From: Magnetococcales bacterium
Lineage (GTDB): Bacteria > Pseudomonadota > Magnetococcia > Magnetococcales > JADFYX01
Length of the DNA: 32,025 nucleotides
Direction of reading: 5' to 3'
Assembly: GCA_015232795.1 (NCBI GenBank)
Contig: JADFYX010000001.1
Span: 1-32,025 of the forward strand
A model generated the notes under the pieces. It saw nothing but the letters and a program-made list of their open reading frames with translations, made no database searches and was not told where the DNA came from. Each line of letters starts with the position of its first letter. Positions within the stretch are counted from its first letter, which is position 1. Below are positions 8,038 through 17,640 of the stretch, one piece after another. A program made the translations under genes and the position numbers.

Positions 8038-10500
8038 ATGAAACCCATACCCCAATCACCCCACCCTTGCTATCATTGTGGCTTGGCTGTCCCGCAACAA
8101 AGCCCAATTCGTGACAAAAAACAGGCAGATTCCCAACAAGAGGAAAAACTTTTTTGCTGTAGTGGCTGCTTTGGTGCCTACCGTATAATAGAAGGTATGG
8201 GGCTTGAGGATTATTATCGCTTAAGAGAAGGTGATAACAGCACTCTGCAACCAGAAGATTTTGACGATACCGGGCTATTGGCCTTTGATGATCCCGACTA
8301 TCAATCCGGTCTGGTTCGGAATGTGGGAGGAAACCGGGAGATAAATCTTATTTTATCTGGCATCCACTGCGCAGCTTGTGTCTGGCTTAACGAACAAGTT
8401 TTGCGAAAACTTTCGGGTGTTGAGAACGTACAAGTTAATTTTTCCACCCAAAGAGCCAAGATTTGCTGGAACCCAGCTACAACATCCCTATCAACAATTA
8501 TCAAAACTATACGTTCTATAGGCTATCAAGCAGAACCTTATGATCCCTCCAAAGGGGAACTTAATTTTCAAAAACAGAACCGGGAACTACTCTACCGTTT
8601 AGGAGTTGCCGCTTTTGGTGCAGCAAATGTAATGTTTCTCTCTGTAGCCCTTTATGCTGGATATTTTCAGGGTATAGAGGCTGAATTTAAAAATTATTTT
8701 CACTGGCTCTCCTTTGCCTTAGCCACTCCGGTAGTTTTTTATAGTGGTGGGGAGTTTTATAAAGGAGCATGGCGCAGCCTTCGCATGGGCCATTTAAATA
8801 TGGACCTACCCATCACCATAGGAGGGTTTGCCACTTATAGTTATAGCGTTACCATCACTTTGAGCCAACATGGAGAGGTGTATTTTGATTCAGTTACCCT
8901 ATTTATTTTTATACTACTTACAGGACGCTATCTAGAGGCTGCCGCCAGACGAAAAGCTGCTGGGGCTACAGAAAGATTGCTCAACCTAGAGCCAAAAACA
9001 GCAACTGTGCAACGTAATGAGCAACTTGTTACAGTTCCCGTGCGTGAGGTCCGTGTGGGAGATTTGGTACTTATAAAACCGGGAGAAAAAATTCCTGTTG
9101 ATGGCACTATAATAACAGGACAGACTTCTGTTGATGAGTCCATGTTGACAGGAGAGAGCCTTGGTGTTAGTAAAAAAGTTGGATGTGTTGTTGCGGGTGG
9201 CTCTATGAATGTTGATGGAGCCATAACCATAGAGGCAGAGAGAGTTGGTGAGAACACCACATTAGCCAAAATCATTCAAAGAATTGAAGAGGCCCAATCC
9301 CAACGACCTCCCATTCAAAATCTGGCCGATAAAATTGCAGGTTGGTTTATAGGGACCATTCTGTTGTTAGCCACTGCAACCCTTATCTACTGGTTATACA
9401 ACGACCCCAGCCAAGCTTTGCAAAATACTGTTGCCCTGCTGATAATTACCTGTCCTTGCGCCTTGGGGCTAGCAACCCCTGCAGCTATGGTTGTGGCTAC
9501 TGGAACAGCAGCGAAAGAAGGTATTTTGGTAAAAAATGGTGAAACACTTGAGAGGCTTGAGAAGGTAACGCAAGTGGTGCTGGACAAAACTGGCACAGTC
9601 ACCCAAGGCACACCCCATGTGGACCGCATTCTATCGGCAAAAGGTATAAGTCAGGAGTATCTCTTAACTCGTGCTGCAGGGGTTGAGCAGTTCTCCGAGC
9701 ATCCAGTTGGCAAAGCCATTGTAAAAGCGGTAGCAGAGCGCAACTGGTTGATGCCACAAGAATTTACATCAGCTAAAAATAGTCCTGGTCTGGGCATGGA
9801 GGCAACCCATGCTGGCAAAACAATCCGCGTGGGCCGTCTGGAGTTTGCCAGCATGGGTGTAACCAACCCACCCATTAGCTACCCTGACCATGAAGAGGTT
9901 CCTGTTACCTGGGCACTCTGTAGTGAGGAGAAAAACATTCTGGGTTGGATAGGCTTAAATGACCGTCCAAAGAGTGATGCAAAAATGGCTATTGCAACCC
10001 TAAAAAATATGGGGTTGCCAGTTACCCTTTTATCAGGTGACCAACGCGCAGTAGTAGAACAGATTGCCAAAGAGATGGATATTGAAAAATGTGAAAGTGA
10101 AGCGTTGCCAGCCGGAAAAGAAAATTATATTAAACAACTGCAAGCCCAAGGGGAGATTACTGCCATGGTTGGAGACGGTATTAACGATGCCCCAGCTCTG
10201 GCTTGCTCGGATGTTGCTTTGGCTGTTGAGAACGCAACTGACATAACAGTGGCAGCAGCCGATGTTATTCTCCTCAACCGTAACCTAAACAATGTAGCCC
10301 GAACATTTATTCTTGCCAGGCGCACAATGCAGATTATCCGCGAAAATTTTCTTATCTCAATTATCTACAACAGCGTAGCAATTCCCCTTGCCATGGGTGG
10401 TTACGTTTCACCCATAGTCGCAGCCATTGCAATGCCTATATCAAGCTTAGTAGTAGTTGGCAACGCCCTACGTCTACGCAATACCTTTAACAACTCATAA
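8038..10500 (+). CDS. ccoI: copper-translocating P1B-type ATPase for cbb3 oxidase maturation (CcoI/FixI)
   Basis: N-terminal Cys-rich region (CYHCG ... CCSGC). HMA domain with CAAC. CPC motif ([11 protein letters not shown]), [13 protein letters not shown]. Directly followed by ccoS. Confidence 0.92.
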   Translation: MKPIPQSPHPCYHCGLAVPQQSPIRDKKQADSQQEEKLFCCSGCFGAYRIIEGMGLEDYYRLREGDNSTLQPEDFDDTGLLAFDDPDYQSGLVRNVGGNREINLILSGIHCAACVWLNEQVLRKLSGVENVQVNFSTQRAKICWNPATTSLSTIIKTIRSIGYQAEPYDPSKGELNFQKQNRELLYRLGVAAFGAANVMFLSVALYAGYFQGIEAEFKNYFHWLSFALATPVVFYSGGEFYKGAWRSLRMGHLNMDLPITIGGFATYSYSVTITLSQHGEVYFDSVTLFIFILLTGRYLEAAARRKAAGATERLLNLEPKTATVQRNEQLVTVPVREVRVGDLVLIKPGEKIPVDGTIITGQTSVDESMLTGESLGVSKKVGCVVAGGSMNVDGAITIEAERVGENTTLAKIIQRIEEAQSQRPPIQNLADKIAGWFIGTILLLATATLIYWLYNDPSQALQNTVALLIITCPCALGLATPAAMVVATGTAAKEGILVKNGETLERLEKVTQVVLDKTGTVTQGTPHVDRILSAKGISQEYLLTRAAGVEQFSEHPVGKAIVKAVAERNWLMPQEFTSAKNSPGLGMEATHAGKTIRVGRLEFASMGVTNPPISYPDHEEVPVTWALCSEEKNILGWIGLNDRPKSDAKMAIATLKNMGLPVTLLSGDQRAVVEQIAKEMDIEKCESEALPAGKENYIKQLQAQGEITAMVGDGINDAPALACSDVALAVENATDITVAAADVILLNRNLNNVARTFILARRTMQIIRENFLISIIYNSVAIPLAMGGYVSPIVAAIAMPISSLVVVGNALRLRNTFNNS

Positions 10501-10583
10501 TACACAAATGTTATCAATCTTAGTAGCTGCGTGGTATTCTTCTAGTAACTTGATCAGACGAATAAACAAAATAGGTATAATAA

Positions 10584-10796
10584 ATGGACGCAATCTACAT
10601 TTTACTTCCAGCCGCCCTCTTTCTTGGCCTTATTGGTTTAGGTCTAATGATCTGGGCTGTGCGAAGCGGTCAGTTTGAAGATATGGAGGGGCCGAGTTAC
10701 CGGATACTGTTTGATGATGATCAAGATATGATCCCCAAGCAAAATGGGGAGAAAGATAAAGAAAAAGATTATAATAAAAATAAATCAGAAAATTAG
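10584..10796 (+). CDS. ccoS: cbb3-type cytochrome oxidase assembly protein CcoS/FixS
   Basis: 70 aa with a single TM (IYILLPAALFLGLIGLGLMIWAVRSGQFEDMEGP...DDD), the typical CcoS signature. Located downstream of ccoI. Confidence 0.9.
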   Translation: MDAIYILLPAALFLGLIGLGLMIWAVRSGQFEDMEGPSYRILFDDDQDMIPKQNGEKDKEKDYNKNKSEN

Positions 10797-10798
10797 GT

Positions 10799-11209
10799 TT
10801 ACAAATTAGAAATTCTTATGGATATAAATGGAGCCATATCTTTATCGGCACTAAAAGCGTGACCACCAAACCAGCCAAAGAAAAAGCTGTATAGATCATT
10901 TACTGATAAAATCTTTTTATCCATCTCGTGTTTCTTATTTATTAAATCGTTAATTAAAACAACATGCTCATCCCTGTGCTCAGTATAATCTGGAAAGTCA
11001 TAAGCCTTCATTAAAATCTCTTCACATCCAAAATGCCATTTTACATATCTTAAAAACATATCCATGGACTCAAGGAGTTCCTCTTTGGGACGATGTTTAT
11101 AAGATATCTTTAAAATATTATTTATTAATTCAGCCATACGTTTGTGTTGAACATCTATCTCTTCAAGTCCAACAAGATATTCGTCACTCCAATCGATGGT
11201 CTGAGACAT
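10799..11209 (-). CDS. single-domain bacteriohemerythrin
   Basis: IDWSDEYLVGLEEIDVQH start. Full diiron ligand set: H (VQHKR), HxxxE (HFGCE), HxxxH (HRDEH), HxxxxD (HAFSAD). RBS AGAGGGA upstream of the ATG. Confidence 0.92.
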   Translation of the reverse strand: MSQTIDWSDEYLVGLEEIDVQHKRMAELINNILKISYKHRPKEELLESMDMFLRYVKWHFGCEEILMKAYDFPDYTEHRDEHVVLINDLINKKHEMDKKILSVNDLYSFFFGWFGGHAFSADKDMAPFISIRISNL

Positions 11210-11265
11210 TTTATATCCCTCTTTTAAATATGAAAAAAAATTTATAAAATACTCAAAAACATCTC

Positions 11266-11308
11266 AAAAAAAAGGCTGTCTCAAATTCCATTGTGAGACA
11301 GCCTTTTT
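11266..11308 (-). terminator. intrinsic terminator after ccoP (bidirectional shape)
   Basis: Perfect 10-bp stem GGCTGTCTCA (11274-11283) / TGAGACAGCC (11294-11303) with a 10-nt loop. A8 run on the + strand before the stem gives U8 after the stem on the minus-strand transcript. T5 follows it on the + strand. Confidence 0.8.
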
Positions 11309-11329
11309 CTATTCATATTTTTTTCTAAC

Positions 11330-12247
11330 TTATTTTCCGCCACCCAATGTATGTACATATATGGATAGCTGTTTTATCTCTAGTTCATCCAACTTACGGT
11401 TGGTGCCTTCGGTATCAGTAGCCCAAGCAGGCATTTTACCGTTGCGTCCATTGGCAATTGAAGTCCTAACAGTTTTTGCATCACCTCCATAAAGCCAAAT
11501 ACCATCTGTCAGGTTTGGCGCACCAATTGAGGCATCCAATTTCTCACCACCAGCACTACCAAGTAAAGCCCCTTTTCCTGAATCACCATGACAATAATTA
11601 CAGCCAGCGTCACCATGATAAAGTGCATCTCCACGACCGACTGCTGCAGAATCTGTAGAGCTACCTGATAGAGATAGGGTGTACTGTGCTAAATCATCAA
11701 CTTGAGCTGCAGTAAAGCTACCATTTGCAGAGTCAAGATGAGCAGGCATCTGCCCGGCGCGACCACCATGGATGGTTTCACTAATTTGCTCCACAGTTCC
11801 ACCGTAAAGCCAATCGTCATCTACCAATGTCGGAAAACCACCAGCTCTAGAACCTACACCTCCACTACCATGACATGGGGCGCAGTTATCACCAAAAATA
11901 GCCTTACCAGCAGAGACTGCGTATTGCAGCAACTGGGAATCCTTGGTTATCTCGGCAGTAGTTAAGGCTGCAAGCTTGTCATTAAAAGGTTTTCTGGCAG
12001 CCACACCGGCAGCCATCTCTTCATCTAGCTGCTTATACTGTGACCAACCCAAAACCCCCTTGGTAAACTCACCACCAGGAATAGGCCAAGCAGGATATAA
12101 AACCCAATATACTACCGCATATACAATTGTTGCATAGTAGGAGTACAACCACCATTTTGGTAGTGGGTTATTATATTCTTTAAGAGGATATCCCTCTTCA
12201 TCATCCCACTGGTGGCCAGTAGTCTCAACTTCTTTTTCATCCGCCAT
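11330..12247 (-). CDS. ccoP: cbb3-type cytochrome c oxidase subunit III (dihaem CcoP/FixP)
   Basis: N-terminal PLPKWWLYSYY membrane anchor. Two haem c sites, CAPCH and CNYCH. AAGGAG RBS. Confidence 0.95.
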   Translation of the reverse strand: MADEKEVETTGHQWDDEEGYPLKEYNNPLPKWWLYSYYATIVYAVVYWVLYPAWPIPGGEFTKGVLGWSQYKQLDEEMAAGVAARKPFNDKLAALTTAEITKDSQLLQYAVSAGKAIFGDNCAPCHGSGGVGSRAGGFPTLVDDDWLYGGTVEQISETIHGGRAGQMPAHLDSANGSFTAAQVDDLAQYTLSLSGSSTDSAAVGRGDALYHGDAGCNYCHGDSGKGALLGSAGGEKLDASIGAPNLTDGIWLYGGDAKTVRTSIANGRNGKMPAWATDTEGTNRKLDELEIKQLSIYVHTLGGGK

Positions 12248-12294
12248 TTTGTCTATCTCCTTATTCTATTCACTAACACCTTTTGCACCAGTAA

Positions 12295-13011
12295 TCAGCG
12301 GGCCTGGGCTTGGTAGGAAGAAAAATCGACCATGGTACCCAAAACTTGCAAATAAGCCACAATGGCATCTAACTCTGTAATACGTGCAGGTTCTCCATCA
12401 AAATTTTGCAATGTAACTTTTTCACCATAACGGGCTAAAAGTGCATCAGAATCACTATCTGGTATTGCTTGAGCCTTTAGATCTGCAACTGCGTTTTCAA
12501 TCTGCTCTTTACTATAAGGAACACCAACAAGCTGTAAAACTTCCATGCGCTTGGTGATGTTGCCATATTCCAAATCATTCTCTACCAACCATGGATATGC
12601 AGGCATGACAGACTCTGGAACCATATCACGAGGATTTTTCATGTGAGCTTGATGCCACAAGTTAGAATATTTTCCACCAACACGAGCCAGATCCGGCCCT
12701 GTGCGTTTAGATCCCCACTGAAATGGATGGTCATACATGCTCTCAGCAGCGAGAGAATAGTGACCGTAACGCTCTTGCTCGTCACGGAAAGGTCTGATCA
12801 TTTGCGAGTGGCAGTTATAACAACCTTCTCTAATATAAATGTCCTGTCCCCGTAGTTCCAGTGGGGTATATGGACGCATTCCTTCAACCTTTTCTATAGT
12901 GGACTCAATATAGAAAAGTGGAACAATTTCAACAATCCCTCCAATGAGGACCACGACAAAGGTCAAGATCGCCATTAAGGGAATACTTTTTTCAATGGTT
13001 TCGTGTTTCAC
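12295..13011 (-). CDS. ccoO: cbb3-type cytochrome c oxidase subunit II (monohaem CcoO/FixO)
   Basis: Single TM followed by [13 protein letters not shown] (CxxCH). GTG start with AAGGAG 8 nt upstream. Confidence 0.96.
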   Translation of the reverse strand: MKHETIEKSIPLMAILTFVVVLIGGIVEIVPLFYIESTIEKVEGMRPYTPLELRGQDIYIREGCYNCHSQMIRPFRDEQERYGHYSLAAESMYDHPFQWGSKRTGPDLARVGGKYSNLWHQAHMKNPRDMVPESVMPAYPWLVENDLEYGNITKRMEVLQLVGVPYSKEQIENAVADLKAQAIPDSDSDALLARYGEKVTLQNFDGEPARITELDAIVAYLQVLGTMVDFSSYQAQAR

Positions 13012-13048
13012 CGTTGTTTCTCCTTGCTCGGTTTTGCTAGTACCACAC

Positions 13049-14464
13049 TCATGCGGCTACCACGGGACGATCTTTAGCAGTTGAAATGGTCATGTATATA
13101 TTATAGACCATGACCAACGCCCCTAACAGAAAGACTATGCCGCCGATTGCGCGAATAAAATAGTAGGGATGCATCGCTGCGACAGTTTCAGCAAAAGAGT
13201 AAGTCAAATTGCCAAAATCGTCATATGCACGCCACATTAAACCTTGCATAACACCAGAAATCCACATAGCCACGATGTAGATAACCACACCAACGGTAGC
13301 GAGCCAAAAATGTAAATTGATCAATTTAACCGAATGGATTGTGGTACCCCATAACTTAGGAATCATGTGGTAAAGAGATGCAAAAGAGACCATGGCAACC
13401 CAGCCCAAAGCACCGGAGTGAACATGACCAACAGTCCAATCTGTGTAGTGAGACAGAGCGTTAACCTCTTTGATTGCCATCATTGGACCTTCAAAAGTAG
13501 ACATACCATAGAAGGATAGTGAAATGATGAAAAATCTTAAAATTGGGTCAGTACGCAGCTTATGCCAAGCACCTGAAAGGGTCATGATACCGTTGATCAT
13601 ACCACCCCATGAAGGTAGAAGAAGCATGATGGAGAATGTTGCACCCAAAGTGCCAGCCCAATCGGGAAGAGCTGTATAGTGAAGATGGTGAGGTCCAGCC
13701 CAGATGTATAAGAATACCAAAGACCAGAAATGTACTATGGAGAGACGATAGGAGTAAATTGGGCGTTCAGCCTGTTTAGGTACAAAATAGTACATCATAC
13801 CCAAAAATGCCGCTGTTAAGAAAAAGCCCACAGCATTATGACCATACCACCATTGAATCATAGCACTCTGTACCCCTGACCAAACGGGATAAGAAGCAGT
13901 GATACTAACAGGAACAGCCAGATTATTGATGATATGCAGAAGGGCAACCGTAATTATAAACGCCAAAAAGAACCAGTTAGCCACAAAGATGTGTTGATCT
14001 TTACGTTTGGCGAGGGTGCCGACAAAGTTGATAAAATAAGCCACCCAAACTACTACAATCAGTAGATCGATAGGCCATATCATCTCTGCGTATTCCATCC
14101 CTTGGGAAAGACCAAGAGGATAGGTAACTACCACTAAAACCACTATCAGGTTCCATCCCCAAAAAGTCAATTTGGAGAGAAAATCTGAAAACAGTCTAGC
14201 TCGACAGGTTCGTTGAACTACATAGTATGTAGTTGCAAATAGAACAGAGCCACCAAAGGCAAAAATAACCGCTGACGTATGTAACGGTCTTAACCGCCCA
14301 AACGATATGTAGGGTATTCCGCCATTTAGCTCAGGGAAAGCCAATTCCAAGGCGAGTATAATACCCACCAAAAAACCGACCACCGCATATGCTATAGACA
14401 TAACAGAAAACATCTTCACTATGCCATAGTCATATGTTGCTATTGAATCATTTTTTTGACCCAC
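13049..14464 (-). CDS. ccoN: cbb3-type cytochrome c oxidase catalytic subunit I (CcoN/FixN)
   Basis: 471-aa polytopic haem-copper oxidase with typical motifs ([26 protein letters not shown]). GTG start preceded by GGAGGAG. Confidence 0.97.
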   Translation of the reverse strand: MGQKNDSIATYDYGIVKMFSVMSIAYAVVGFLVGIILALELAFPELNGGIPYISFGRLRPLHTSAVIFAFGGSVLFATTYYVVQRTCRARLFSDFLSKLTFWGWNLIVVLVVVTYPLGLSQGMEYAEMIWPIDLLIVVVWVAYFINFVGTLAKRKDQHIFVANWFFLAFIITVALLHIINNLAVPVSITASYPVWSGVQSAMIQWWYGHNAVGFFLTAAFLGMMYYFVPKQAERPIYSYRLSIVHFWSLVFLYIWAGPHHLHYTALPDWAGTLGATFSIMLLLPSWGGMINGIMTLSGAWHKLRTDPILRFFIISLSFYGMSTFEGPMMAIKEVNALSHYTDWTVGHVHSGALGWVAMVSFASLYHMIPKLWGTTIHSVKLINLHFWLATVGVVIYIVAMWISGVMQGLMWRAYDDFGNLTYSFAETVAAMHPYYFIRAIGGIVFLLGALVMVYNIYMTISTAKDRPVVAA

Positions 14465-14597
14465 GATCTCCTCCTGTACTTAAAAATTAACTGAATAATT
14501 ATTTTGTCCTGATACTGTATCTTTAGTGATAGAGATATTTTACTACCTTTTAGTTAGTATTAAATCACATATAAATCACTACAAATTATGGCTTAAA

Positions 14598-14611
14598 TTG
14601 ACTTTAATCAA
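14598..14611. promoter_or_regulatory. FNR/CRP-family box TTGAC-TTTA-ATCAA
   Basis: 9/10 match to the FNR consensus TTGAT-N4-ATCAA. Centre lies about 140 nt upstream of the ccoN start codon, in the ccoN/ccoG divergent region. Confidence 0.5.
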
Positions 14612-14886
14612 ATTTACACAGACAAGCTATCATCTATTTTATTTATTGGAAAGAGCTTATTTAGCTTAAGGGCAATATTTTAGCAACTTTTTTGTTGATA
14701 CGGAAACTAAATGTATGGTTTTTATTATTTGATTGTACTTTTTATGCTTTTGAAAACACGTAAAAATACCTTTAAAAAATTAACAAAAAAAAGTGCTAGT
14801 ACTTAATTGAGCAAGACGGATCAAAAGCGAGTTGGCTATTGTTAAGGAAAGAGAGGGTGCAATTTAGTTTAAAAAGAAACTTAACT

Positions 14887-14900
14887 GACAATTAATTGTC
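14887..14900. promoter_or_regulatory. perfect 14-bp palindrome GACAATTAATTGTC (candidate operator)
   Basis: Exact dyad symmetry read directly from the sequence, about 90-100 nt upstream of the ccoG start. Confidence 0.3.
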
Positions 14901-14989
14901 CTATGGCTATTGAACAAGGATATCGTTCTGCTTTACTATATCAAACGACATAGTCTTTATGTACACCCCACGCATCAAGGAAAATTTTA

Positions 14990-16399
14990 ATGCCTGAACA
15001 ACCCAGCTCTTTATATTCTGACTGGAAAAAGATTTATCCTCGTTATCAAACAGGTTTTTTTCGCAGATTACGTTGGTCACTCGTCGCATTTTTTTTAGGA
15101 CTCTATTATCTGCTTCCTGTCGTTCGTTGGCAACGAGCAGAAGGTCTGCCCGACCAAGCAGTACTGTTTGATCTACCAGCACGTAAATTCTACATGTTTG
15201 ATATTGTCATCTGGCCTCAGGATATATTTCTCTTGGCAATAGTGCTAATTGCTGCTGCTCTTGCACTATTTTTCATGACTGCCCTTGCTGGGCGAATTTT
15301 TTGTGGCTACATGTGCTTTCAAACTGTATGGACTGATCTATTTCTCTATGTGGAAAAATTTTTTGAAGGCAATAGAAAACAGCGGATAAAGCTAGATAGT
15401 GAAGGTTGGAGCTTACGTAAATTTTTTATAAAGGTTGCAAAACACATAGTTTGGATAATTATAGGAATAGCAACAGGAGTGGCGTTTGTCTTCTATTTTG
15501 TAGATGCCCCAACCATGTTTTGGCAATTTATGGATGGGACAGCCCCCGGACCTGCATGGTTTACCCTCTTTTTTATCACAATAACTACCTACATAATGGC
15601 AGGAATAGCAAGGGAGCAGGTATGTATATACATGTGCCCTTATGCCAGATTTCAAGGGGCTATGTTTGATGAAGACTCTCTTATTATTGCCTATCATCCA
15701 GAGCTAGGTGAACCACGGGAGTCCAACCGCCGAATTAGAGAAAATAGCAAAACAAAAACAGGACTCTGCATAGATTGTAACGCTTGTGTAACGGTATGTC
15801 CCACTGGTATAGATATTCGCAACGGTCAACAGTATGAGTGCATAACCTGTGGGGCGTGTATTGATGCTTGCGATACAGTAAAAGACCGTATGAACATGAA
15901 AAAAAAGTTGATTCGCTACACATCAATGCGCGAAATCCAAGGGGAAAAAACTCAGTGGTTTCGCCCAAGAATCCTCATTTATGGTGCACTATTAACCATT
16001 TTTATTGGTGGCATATCAATATACTTAGCTATCAAGTCCCCACTCTCTTTAAATGTAATAAAACACCGTCAGCCTATCTATATTATGCAGTCAGATGGTA
16101 GTATTCAGAATAACTTTACCATTCGCATTCTTAATATGTATCCCAAAGCCAGAACTTTCTCCTTAGAAGTTGCAGGCCTTCCAAATGTATCTCTGTCTGT
16201 GGTAGCTGTAGATGATTTTGATAGTCAGAAAAGACCTCTTATTACTGTTCCATCTGGGGCGGTTATGACATTTACCCTCTTTTTAAAACAACAAAAAAAT
16301 AGTATAGAGTCAGGCTCAAAACCTATAACATTCCTACTACGTGCTACTGATAACTCCGACGACACCTTCTCTTACGACAGTAAGTTTATGAGGCCCTAG
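14990..16399 (+). CDS. ccoG: cbb3 oxidase accessory protein CcoG/FixG (membrane 4Fe-4S ferredoxin-type protein)
   Basis: Membrane N-terminus and two ferredoxin-type Cys clusters (CIDCNACVTVCP, CITCGACIDAC). Followed by ccoH. Confidence 0.92.
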   Translation: MPEQPSSLYSDWKKIYPRYQTGFFRRLRWSLVAFFLGLYYLLPVVRWQRAEGLPDQAVLFDLPARKFYMFDIVIWPQDIFLLAIVLIAAALALFFMTALAGRIFCGYMCFQTVWTDLFLYVEKFFEGNRKQRIKLDSEGWSLRKFFIKVAKHIVWIIIGIATGVAFVFYFVDAPTMFWQFMDGTAPGPAWFTLFFITITTYIMAGIAREQVCIYMCPYARFQGAMFDEDSLIIAYHPELGEPRESNRRIRENSKTKTGLCIDCNACVTVCPTGIDIRNGQQYECITCGACIDACDTVKDRMNMKKKLIRYTSMREIQGEKTQWFRPRILIYGALLTIFIGGISIYLAIKSPLSLNVIKHRQPIYIMQSDGSIQNNFTIRILNMYPKARTFSLEVAGLPNVSLSVVAVDDFDSQKRPLITVPSGAVMTFTLFLKQQKNSIESGSKPITFLLRATDNSDDTFSYDSKFMRP

Positions 16400-16933
16400 A
16401 TGAACGAACAAAATATAGAAATCCAGGAAAAATCCACCCGCCGTTTTGAACCATGGCCTACCGCTATTGTGCTTTTTTTTCTGGTGGTATTTTCTGCAGA
16501 TGCCATAATGATAACCATGGGGTTGAACTCATGGCCGGGATTGGTCAACAAAAACCCCTATCAACATGGACTTCATTACAACAAAGTAATCAATGCCCAA
16601 AGCAAACAGGACAAGCTAGGATGGAGCATAAAGCTACATAGCGAAAATCTTGTTGCTGGTAAAGAAGGCAAGATAAGCGTTACCATTAGCGGAAGAGAAA
16701 ATATAGCTGTGCAAAGGGCACAGGTTGAAGGTATTCTGTTTCGTCCTGTTGGAGAAGGAAGTGATTTGGCATTTCTTTTAAAAGAAGAAAAACCGGGAGT
16801 TTATTCCACCATGATCACCCCTCCAAAACATGGAAATTGGGATGTTAAGATTCGGGCTATAAAAACCGCAAATGTGGATTTTCGTTATGTGGAACGAATC
16901 ACAGTGCAAAAAGGTAATCCAGAGGAGAAGTAA
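16400..16933 (+). CDS. ccoH: FixH/CcoH family cbb3 oxidase assembly protein
   Basis: Start abuts the ccoG stop. PWPTAIVLFFLVV TM followed by NPYQHGLHYN...LGW, FixH-like. Confidence 0.82.
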   Translation: MNEQNIEIQEKSTRRFEPWPTAIVLFFLVVFSADAIMITMGLNSWPGLVNKNPYQHGLHYNKVINAQSKQDKLGWSIKLHSENLVAGKEGKISVTISGRENIAVQRAQVEGILFRPVGEGSDLAFLLKEEKPGVYSTMITPPKHGNWDVKIRAIKTANVDFRYVERITVQKGNPEEK

Positions 16934-16935
16934 CT

Positions 16936-17127
16936 ATGGACTTTGATACAATGATGGCCTTCTCCAAACAGTTTTCTCTCATTTGGTTTTTTCTTATTTT
17001 TGTTGCTATTGTTCTTTGGGTTTTCTGGCCAAGCCATAAAAAAGGGCTTGAAGAGGATGGGCAAAAATTTATGGAAGATGACCCAATTCATGAAAACAGC
17101 ATAAAAAAAGCACAAGAAAAAAAATAA
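16936..17127 (+). CDS. ccoQ: CcoQ/FixQ-like small subunit of cbb3 oxidase
   Basis: 63 aa with one TM, then the WVFWPSHKKGLEED...EDD pattern typical of FixQ (W-x-x-x-P-S/x-x-K...E/D...DD). Starts 2 nt after the ccoH stop. Confidence 0.65.
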   Translation: MDFDTMMAFSKQFSLIWFFLIFVAIVLWVFWPSHKKGLEEDGQKFMEDDPIHENSIKKAQEKK

Positions 17128-17184
17128 TTTTTTAACAATAATTGGATTTAAAAAAAACTCTACATGCTAAAGTTTATTTTACAC

Positions 17185-17370
17185 TTAGCATATAATATCT
17201 TTGGCCTTCTCCCAGCCATTATGCCAACTCTGCTCTTCAAAAGAGCCAGGTTCATATGGGCATTCGTCATCCATCTCATAACCCTTTTCAAAAGTAGCCT
17301 CTATACAGGCGGCATAACCTTCGGCAAAATTTAACAGATGCTTTACTTTAATATTTTTTTTATCTTTCAT
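17185..17370 (-). CDS. small Rmf/CrpP-like protein (61 aa from the internal ATG)
   Basis: ATG at 17370 preceded by AGGA 8 nt upstream. GY...ECPY-x6-EQSWHNGWEKA resembles the ribosome modulation factor pattern (GY...CPY...W..GW.EA). The 95-aa ORF in the track has a non-protein-like N-terminus. Confidence 0.45.
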   Translation of the reverse strand: MKDKKNIKVKHLLNFAEGYAACIEATFEKGYEMDDECPYEPGSFEEQSWHNGWEKAKDIIC

Positions 17371-17608
17371 TGAACACATCCTCATGCCGAAGATAACCCC
17401 ACACCTTACCGTTAGCCATACATGGGCTAAACCCCAACGGCTGTCCGTTATGTTCAGGGACCAAACGGGCAAAATAGCCGTTTTGACCTACCATTACATC
17501 CCAAACAACCCACATACCGGGCTGCCCGGAAATTAAATGGTTGGCTGGGTGAATACCTGAAATATACTGTTTATTGATGTTAGATGGTGTTGCGGCAAAT
17601 AACTGCAT
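17360..17608 (-). CDS. hypothetical protein (82 aa), no recognised family
   Basis: Open frame whose stop overlaps the downstream small gene's start by 11 nt. No motif recognised. Confidence 0.45.
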   Translation of the reverse strand: MQLFAATPSNINKQYISGIHPANHLISGQPGMWVVWDVMVGQNGYFARLVPEHNGQPLGFSPCMANGKVWGYLRHEDVFNER

Positions 17609-17640
17609 TGTGATGATATATTCCTCTAGTATCCCATGAA

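Noticed and set aside
12248-12294. Looked for ccoQ in its canonical position between ccoO and ccoP
   Set aside because: The gap is only 47 nt, contains the ccoP RBS and holds no ORF. A FixQ-like gene is found after ccoH instead.
14907-15182. 91-codon minus-strand ORF overlapping the ccoG start
   Set aside because: It is antisense to the well-supported ccoG N-terminus and extends into the AT-rich promoter region. No motif or RBS.
17164-17191. 7-bp stem ATGCTAA/TTAGCAT between ccoQ and the Rmf-like gene
   Set aside because: The stem is A/T-rich, has a 14-nt loop and overlaps the stop codon of the minus-strand gene. Not convincing as a terminator.
17185-17608. The two overlapping small frames might be one frameshifted pseudogene
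   Set aside because: The downstream frame has its own ATG (17370) with an AGGA RBS at proper spacing. The part of the 95-aa ORF upstream of that ATG is not protein-like. A coupled two-gene reading is simpler, though not proven.
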